Positions 58,082 to 64,000 of a stretch of DNA of 64,000 nt are shown here, in pieces. The stretch is from Candidatus Omnitrophota bacterium (GTDB lineage: Bacteria > Omnitrophota > Gorgyraeia > B26-G9). The stretch's first letter is position 1. Each line of letters opens with the position of its first letter. The position numbers and the translations under genes are program-made. Location: assembly GCA_043805415.1 (NCBI GenBank), contig JAZDHZ010000043.1, positions 5,844 to 69,843 of the forward strand, given 5' to 3'. The notes under the pieces were generated by a model. That model made no database searches. It was not told the origin of the DNA and was given only the letters and a program-made list of their open reading frames with translations.

Positions 58082-59581
58082 ATGAAAAATCCCTACCAAG
58101 AAGAATTATTTGCTAAGCTGGTTGATCATCCTTCATGGCGGCATGAGTCAAAGTCATTGAGTCTTATAATTGGCCCAGCAATTTGGTTAATTATCCCTTC
58201 AGGGATTGAAGAACCGATTAAATCGCAAAAAAACCAATTTGTAAATATTGAACAGGAAAATGAATTTCGGCCAATTATTTTGTCTTTACTCAGCGAAGCA
58301 AAAAAAACTAATCATATCCAAAAAGTTTCGATTAGCGATGGAAGTAATTTTTATTGCATTCCGATAAATCGCAAAGATGAGTCTTATGGATATGTATTGA
58401 TTTGTAATTTAGCGACAACTATTCCGGAAAAAATCTTCAGATTAATTAATTCATACACGTGCACAACAATTGAAAATGTGCAAAAAGAATTAGAAGTAGC
58501 CAAATTGTATGAAACAATCCGCCCAAAAACAATCGCTCTGTCTACAGTGCATACGGTAGGCAGAATTATTAGCTCCACGCTGGAACTAGAAGAGCTTTTG
58601 CCCAGAATTGCTCGTCTTAGTTTGCAGGTTTTACGCGCGCAGCGCTGCTGCATCATGCTTGTTGATAAATATAAACGTAATCTTGTCTCACATGCTGTTG
58701 TTGATGTGCAAAATAAAAATGTTAAGCAAAAGACGCTTAAAATCGGCGAGGGCATTCCGGGAAAAGTTGTGAAAAATGGAAATGCTATTGTCGGTCCGAA
58801 AATTTTATGCGTTCCGCTTATTGCTGAAGAGCATATAATCGGAACAATAACCATGTCGCAACGTTTGAATAATAAGCCATTTGGAATTTTTGATAAAGAA
58901 ATATTAACTACTCTTTCCGAGCAAGCGGTAATCGCGATTAAAAACGCGCAGTTATATGATGAACAGGAAAAATTAACGCTCAATAGCATTAAAGCTTTGG
59001 CTTCAATTTTAAGTTCAGGGGTCGCGGATAATTATGGCCGCTCTAATCTATTTATCAATGTGATTATGTCAATCGGCATGGAATTAAAATTAGGTTCTGA
59101 TCAAATGCGAATGCTTTACTACGCGGCAATACTGCACAATGTGAGTCAAATGGGTCTGCCGAAAAAAATTCTGAGAAAGTCAACAAAGCTTACTGGTAAG
59201 GATTATGAAATTATTAAAGAGCAGCATATTAAAGGTACTCAGCTGATAACGCCCATAGGCGGCAGACTAAAAGCTGTTCTGCCGATTATAATTCATCATC
59301 ATGAGCGTTATGATGGAAATGGCTATCCCAGCGGGCTAAGGGGAGAGGATATTCCTTTAGGCGCTCGGATTTTAGCAATTGCTGATTCATTTGAAGCCAT
59401 GATCTCAAAACGCCCCTATCGGAGAAAATTGTCGATTTCTCAGGCAGTTTCAGAAATAGTTAATTCCAGCGGTGAGCAATTTGACCCAGTAATTGTCGAC
59501 GCTTTTGTCCGGGTAATAAAGCGGTCAAAGAATAAAATTTTTAAAAATAAAGGAAAAGCCTGGATTTGGAAAAAAATGTAG
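58082..59581 (+). CDS. GAF + HD-GYP domain protein with degenerate HD motif
   Basis: GEGIPG...LCVPL...AIKNAQLY GAF; ILHNVSQ in place of LHDIGK; HHERYDGNGYP; ADSFEAM..RPYR. Confidence 0.9.
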   Translation: MKNPYQEELFAKLVDHPSWRHESKSLSLIIGPAIWLIIPSGIEEPIKSQKNQFVNIEQENEFRPIILSLLSEAKKTNHIQKVSISDGSNFYCIPINRKDESYGYVLICNLATTIPEKIFRLINSYTCTTIENVQKELEVAKLYETIRPKTIALSTVHTVGRIISSTLELEELLPRIARLSLQVLRAQRCCIMLVDKYKRNLVSHAVVDVQNKNVKQKTLKIGEGIPGKVVKNGNAIVGPKILCVPLIAEEHIIGTITMSQRLNNKPFGIFDKEILTTLSEQAVIAIKNAQLYDEQEKLTLNSIKALASILSSGVADNYGRSNLFINVIMSIGMELKLGSDQMRMLYYAAILHNVSQMGLPKKILRKSTKLTGKDYEIIKEQHIKGTQLITPIGGRLKAVLPIIIHHHERYDGNGYPSGLRGEDIPLGARILAIADSFEAMISKRPYRRKLSISQAVSEIVNSSGEQFDPVIVDAFVRVIKRSKNKIFKNKGKAWIWKKM

Positions 59582-59655
59582 GATTAGCGACTGAAAAAGC
59601 CTGCTGTTTTTCTGCTAATAATAGCTTATTATTCTGGATTGCGGCTTTAATTTTG

Positions 59656-59693
59656 ATTTTATAAGTTATTTATTAATAAATAACTTATAAAAT
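59656..59693. repeat. perfect 38-bp palindrome with no spacer
   Basis: ATTTTATAAGTTATTTATT|AATAAATAACTTATAAAAT. Confidence 0.9.
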
Positions 59694-59795
59694 AAGTCGA
59701 TTATTATTTAAAAACATGTTGTTATTTGCTGATTTTTTGATATAATAATTTTAATAAAATATTTTTAAAGAATTGCTGATACAGGAGGTATCTCA

Positions 59796-60416
59796 ATGAC
59801 TTATAAGAACAGGGAGGTTCAGCCCGAGCTTTTTTGCAAAACCAAAAAAGAGCAAAAACAGAATTTACTTAATAAGAATATTTTCTGTTCCCATTATAAA
59901 TCAGCGATCTCAGTTTCTTTGGATACTTTGATCGTTATTATTATTGGGGTAATGATGGTTAATTTAACTGCTTTTGTTCTTGGCATTGAAAAAGGCAAGC
60001 TTATTGCCGCTAAAAACGAACAAACCAAAACAATAGTTTTGGAACCTGTAGGAAATGCGGCTGTACCTTCAAAACAGAAAAAAAAGCTAATTGTTCCGGC
60101 GGTAATTGAACCAGAAAAAAATATCGAAATAAATACTGAAATAAATACTATTGAAGAAAAACAGATAGTTAAAAATATTGAACATCCTGCTGATGGGTAT
60201 ATAATTCAGCTTGTGACTTATAGCAGTGATTCAAACGCGAATAGCGAAGTAGATCGTTTAAACGCTCAGGGTTTGCAAGGGCATGTTTTAAAATCCGGAG
60301 AATATTATATCGTGTATTCCGGAATGTATAATTCTAAAATAAAAGCAAATGAAAAAGTGACGAGTTTTAAACAACGCTATAAAGATTGCTTTGTGCGTTT
60401 GTTAAAAAAATCTTGA
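59796..60416 (+). CDS. SPOR domain protein (FtsN/DedD-like)
   Basis: Single TM; C-terminal YIIQLVTY...YIVYSGMY...DCFVR. Confidence 0.85.
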   Translation: MTYKNREVQPELFCKTKKEQKQNLLNKNIFCSHYKSAISVSLDTLIVIIIGVMMVNLTAFVLGIEKGKLIAAKNEQTKTIVLEPVGNAAVPSKQKKKLIVPAVIEPEKNIEINTEINTIEEKQIVKNIEHPADGYIIQLVTYSSDSNANSEVDRLNAQGLQGHVLKSGEYYIVYSGMYNSKIKANEKVTSFKQRYKDCFVRLLKKS

Positions 60417-60436
60417 TTTGAAAGGAGTATATACTA

Positions 60437-60685
60437 ATGTCGATTCACCCAAGTTTAAAGGCAACCAAAGGAAATAAACAAAGAAGTGTTTTAAAGCGTT
60501 ATGAACGCATTGAAAAGCTTAAGAGTGCCGGTAAATGGCAAGAAGAAAAATCTGCTTTTGGTTTGATCAAAGGTAAGGTTTTAAAAATTAAGATTAAGAA
60601 ACCTGTAAAAACTGCTGAAGCAAAAACCGCGGAAGCAGGTAAGGAAGCGGCAAAACCAGCAGCAGCAAAACCTAGTAAAAAATAG
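60437..60685 (+). CDS. PVC-superphylum small basic protein
   Basis: MSIHPSLK...RSVLKRYERIEKLK..GKW....SAFGL; Lys/Ala-rich tail. Confidence 0.85.
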   Translation: MSIHPSLKATKGNKQRSVLKRYERIEKLKSAGKWQEEKSAFGLIKGKVLKIKIKKPVKTAEAKTAEAGKEAAKPAAAKPSKK

Positions 60686-60699
60686 ATCATACCTTAAAA

Positions 60700-61722
60700 A
60701 TGAAAAAAACAATATTTAACATACTGTTAATCGGATGTGTTTTTATTTTTTCAAGCTTGGCCAATGATTCTGCTTTTTCGCGAGAAGCGGAAAATCAGGT
60801 ATTCACGGGAATTATTAATGATAACTCGGTTAATATCCGCAGCGGACCTGGGGTTAATTTTGAAATTTTAAGAAAAATGGATAAAGATGAACTTGTCCTT
60901 GTCCTGGGAAATGAACTTGACTGGTACAAGCTAAAACTTCCCCGAAACAGTAAAGCCTATATCCATAACCAATTCATCAAAATGGGCGACACTAATTATG
61001 GCTATATTAATACTGATAGGGTTAATGTCCGAGCAGGCAAAGGCACAAATTTTAATGTCATTGGCCAGCTGAACGCGAATGATTTAGTTGAAGTCATTGA
61101 TCAGGATAATGAATGGGCCCAGATTTTTACAGATATTAATTGTTTTGCCTGGGCACACAAGGATTTTGTCAATAATCATGGCCCAGCTTCGATTTATATT
61201 TCAAAAGAAAATGTTAACCAGGAAGCCTGGAAACTGCTGCAGCAGGCAAAGCAGTTTGAACAAGCATCTGGGATTACGGATACAGATGAAAAACAAGCTG
61301 CCTGTATCCAAAAATATAACGCGATTATCCGCGATTATCCGCAAACGATCGCGGCAAACAGCGCGAAAAAATGTATAACCCGATTAAGCAAAATAATCCC
61401 GGTAATCAAAAAACCTGAACCAGTGTCCGATGAACTTGTAAAAAACCAAGCTCAAATCCAAACTGAGAAAAAAAGACTTTTGGTAAAACCCGCGACGAAT
61501 CCGATTGCTCAGGGAAAAGTTGTTGAATCCGGCAGATTTTTTTACCGGCCGGGAACACATAAATTAATTGAGAATAATCAAACCGGCTATTTCCTTAAAA
61601 GCGACACTATTGATTTAAATAGCTATATATATCATAATGTTCAGATTTGGGGAAAAATAATCAGTTCTGATAAAACAAAGATTCCGACAATTGAAGTTGA
61701 ATACGTGAATCAACTTAACTAA
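60700..61722 (+). CDS. secreted SH3b-domain protein
   Basis: Signal peptide; VNIRSGPG and VNVRAGKG SH3 repeats. Confidence 0.85.
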   Translation: MKKTIFNILLIGCVFIFSSLANDSAFSREAENQVFTGIINDNSVNIRSGPGVNFEILRKMDKDELVLVLGNELDWYKLKLPRNSKAYIHNQFIKMGDTNYGYINTDRVNVRAGKGTNFNVIGQLNANDLVEVIDQDNEWAQIFTDINCFAWAHKDFVNNHGPASIYISKENVNQEAWKLLQQAKQFEQASGITDTDEKQAACIQKYNAIIRDYPQTIAANSAKKCITRLSKIIPVIKKPEPVSDELVKNQAQIQTEKKRLLVKPATNPIAQGKVVESGRFFYRPGTHKLIENNQTGYFLKSDTIDLNSYIYHNVQIWGKIISSDKTKIPTIEVEYVNQLN

Positions 61723-61725
61723 ATA

Positions 61726-62310
61726 ATGTCTGAAAGTGGATCAATTATAATCAGCTTTTTTCAAAATCTGCCGGCATTTTTAATTGCTTTAGTTGTTCAT
61801 GAATATGCCCATGGGTTTGTAGCGCATAAACTGGGTGATAATACTGCTAAGCAGATGGGCCGATTAACTTTAAATCCCCTGGCTCATGTGGACATGTTTG
61901 GAACAATTTTTTTACCTCTGTTTTTAATTATTTCCGGATCTCCTTTTGTATTTGGCTGGGCAAAACCAGTTCCGGTTAATTTCTATAATTTAACTAATCC
62001 GAAAAAAGATATGATTTGGGTGGGATTAGCCGGACCCGCGGCAAATTTTTTAACTGCCTTAATTGTGTTTTTAATTTTAGTAACCGGTATAGCTAAAAAC
62101 GTAATCCTCGCTGAATTTCTAGTTAAAGTTTTAATCATCAGTATATTTCTTGGCGGGTTTAATCTTATTCCGATTCCGCCTTTAGACGGTTCGCGGATTT
62201 TAATGGGATTGCTGCCGATGAAACTGGCCAGAGCCTATAGCCGGATTACCCCGGGAGCGGGCATGGTTTTACTAATTATACTGCTGTCATTATTGCGGAG
62301 ATATTTTTAA
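61726..62310 (+). CDS. site-2 protease family (M50)
   Basis: HEYAH, AGP, NLIPIPPLDG. Confidence 0.93.
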   Translation: MSESGSIIISFFQNLPAFLIALVVHEYAHGFVAHKLGDNTAKQMGRLTLNPLAHVDMFGTIFLPLFLIISGSPFVFGWAKPVPVNFYNLTNPKKDMIWVGLAGPAANFLTALIVFLILVTGIAKNVILAEFLVKVLIISIFLGGFNLIPIPPLDGSRILMGLLPMKLARAYSRITPGAGMVLLIILLSLLRRYF

Positions 62311-63398
62311 TGAAAATAGTTAAGCTTGAACTTGAAGATCGATCTTATCCCATAGTTATTACTAAAGATGATTTTAAAAACCTGGCTTTAAGATTAAAAC
62401 AACTGGCTTTGGGTAATGAGGCGTTTATTATCAGCAATCCGATAATTTCAGGATTATATGCTAGCCAGCTTAAAGCTGCTCTTTTGGCTGTGGGCATAAG
62501 CTCTGTGGTATATAATATTAAAGATTCAGAGTCAAGCAAGTCAATTGGCCAATACATCAAAACTATCAGCAAAATATCTGCTATTGATACAAAAAAACGC
62601 TTATTCTGCATTGCTTTAGGCGGGGGAGTGGTAGGGGATTTGACGGGATTTGTGGCAGCAACCTATAAGCGGGGAATTGCTTATGTCCAGGTACCAACAA
62701 CGCTTTTAGCGCAAGTCGATTCAGCGATTGGCGGTAAGACCGCGATTGATTTAGCCTCAGGCAAAAACCTGGTCGGAGCTTTTTTTCAGCCAAAGTTAGT
62801 TTATTCTAATGTTTCCTTATTAAGCAGTTTGCCGGCGCGTCAGATCAGCAGCGGTTTGGCTGAGGTTGTTAAATACGGGGTAATTGTTGATAAAAATTTA
62901 TTTTCTTTTCTTGAGAAAAATTATCAGCAGATTCTTAAATTAGATAAAGATTGTCTGATCAGGATCATCAGCACTGCCAGCAAAATCAAAGCTCAAATTG
63001 TCGCGGCTGATGAAAAAGAAACTAAAGGTTTGCGGACAATTCTTAATTTCGGGCATACAATCGGTCATGCCATGGAAACCGCGACTGATTATTCTAATTT
63101 AAATCATGGCGAAGCAATCAGCATCGGTATGGTCGCGGCTTGTGAGATCGCGCGGGAAATCGGGATTTTAGAGCCAAAGGTTCAGCATCGCCTGGCTGAT
63201 CTTTTGTTGAAATTTAATTTACCGATAAAAGCTAAGAAAATTAATTTAAACAAAGTCTATCAGGCGTTTTATCGCGATAAGAAATTTATCAACGGAAAAA
63301 TTCGGATGGTGGTTCCCAGCCGGATCGGACATGTAATTGTAACAGAGGATATTCCCTTTAAAATTATTCAAAAAATCATTCAAAGGAGCGTAAGCTGA
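62310..63398 (+). CDS. aroB: 3-dehydroquinate synthase
   Basis: LGGGVVGD, PTTLLAQVDSAIGGKT, LNFGHTIGHA, HGEA. Confidence 0.97.
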   Translation: MKIVKLELEDRSYPIVITKDDFKNLALRLKQLALGNEAFIISNPIISGLYASQLKAALLAVGISSVVYNIKDSESSKSIGQYIKTISKISAIDTKKRLFCIALGGGVVGDLTGFVAATYKRGIAYVQVPTTLLAQVDSAIGGKTAIDLASGKNLVGAFFQPKLVYSNVSLLSSLPARQISSGLAEVVKYGVIVDKNLFSFLEKNYQQILKLDKDCLIRIISTASKIKAQIVAADEKETKGLRTILNFGHTIGHAMETATDYSNLNHGEAISIGMVAACEIAREIGILEPKVQHRLADLLLKFNLPIKAKKINLNKVYQAFYRDKKFINGKIRMVVPSRIGHVIVTEDIPFKIIQKIIQRSVS

Positions 63399-63400
63399 TT

Positions 63401-63880
63401 ATGGAAATTAAAATCCGCCAATTTAAAGAAGAAGACACTGCGCAAGTAATAAAACTGATTACTTCAATTCTTAAAACTGAATTTGATTTAGAAAAAGAAA
63501 CTTATGCTGATTTTGATCTAAAAAACATCAAAGAAGTTTACGGCGGAAAAAGAGATTTATTTTTAGTTGCTGTGATCGGACATACGATTATCGGCACTAT
63601 CGCGATTAAAGAAGATGATAATAATAGTGCTTTGTTAAGAAGGGTTTTTGTTGCTTCTGAGTTTCGCGGTGTTGGCTTAGGTAAAAAACTGGTTGTAAAA
63701 GCTATTGAATTTTGCGAAGAAAAAGATTATAGTGTTATAAATTTTTGTTCAACTGATAAGATGACAGCTGCTAATAATCTTTGCAAAAAAAGCGGTTTTA
63801 CCAGACGCGCGTGCATGACACTGGGCCCGGTTAAATTATTACGTTTTGCCCGCAGATTGCGTCATGTGGGACGTAATTAG
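63401..63880 (+). CDS. GNAT N-acetyltransferase
   Basis: LRRVFVASEFRGVGLGKKL, AANNLCKKSGF. Confidence 0.9.
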   Translation: MEIKIRQFKEEDTAQVIKLITSILKTEFDLEKETYADFDLKNIKEVYGGKRDLFLVAVIGHTIIGTIAIKEDDNNSALLRRVFVASEFRGVGLGKKLVVKAIEFCEEKDYSVINFCSTDKMTAANNLCKKSGFTRRACMTLGPVKLLRFARRLRHVGRN

Positions 63881-63887
63881 CAATTCA

Positions 63888-64000
63888 ATGAAAAAAATCT
63901 CGGAAAAGCTGGTTTTTGAAGGCAATTGGCTGTTAGTAAAAGAAACCCTGCATATTAATAAACATGGTCAAGAAGTTATTTGGGAAACAGTCCAGCGCAA
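63888..64000 (+). CDS. probable NUDIX hydrolase (ADP-ribose pyrophosphatase-like), 3'-truncated
   Basis: MKKISEKLVFEGNWLLVKE...GQEVIWETVQR resembles the N-terminus of the family; the Nudix box lies beyond the window. Confidence 0.55.
   Translation, partial: MKKISEKLVFEGNWLLVKETLHINKHGQEVIWETVQR

Noticed and set aside
59610-59730. dif (XerC/D) site near the palindrome
   Set aside because: No convincing TTATGTTAA XerD arm at the proper spacing, and gene orientation does not switch here

Overview
Low-GC, almost entirely + strand chromosomal segment from a PVC-superphylum bacterium, most likely Candidatus Omnitrophota. The evidence is the PVC 'small basic protein' at 60.4 kb, ADP-heptose genes and several PilT paralogues. 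The right half is mostly housekeeping: aroQ-pepP-efp-accB-accC-asp23-amaP-gmhA-rfaE2-thiD2-thiC, tRNA-Gly, guaA, dnaE, HU, hisS and aroB. The left half is more accessory: a 1740-aa secreted all-alpha repeat protein under an unusual c-di-GMP-I riboswitch, tRNA-Ala with a decayed islet, ion-homeostasis genes and an AmmeMemo fusion. A divergent type IV pilus locus (two pilT, minor pilins, fused pilMN, pilO, pilP) runs directly into glycosylation genes. The most notable signals are: (i) a c-di-GMP riboswitch with a twin-hairpin insertion and two alternative 3' strands; (ii) a similar twin-hairpin insertion in a duplicated tRNA-Gly 5' fragment; (iii) a PilZ-PilT fusion plus a degenerate PilT, a stand-alone PilZ and a degenerate HD-GYP protein, suggesting c-di-GMP control of pilus retraction; (iv) a two-gene islet between 87-bp structured direct repeats whose genes share an N-terminal zinc ribbon; (v) a promoter-hairpin-terminator module present twice, 33 kb apart; (vi) an unannotated 55-codon near-leaderless ORF coupled to crcB. 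All calls come from reading the sequence by eye; no database searches were run.
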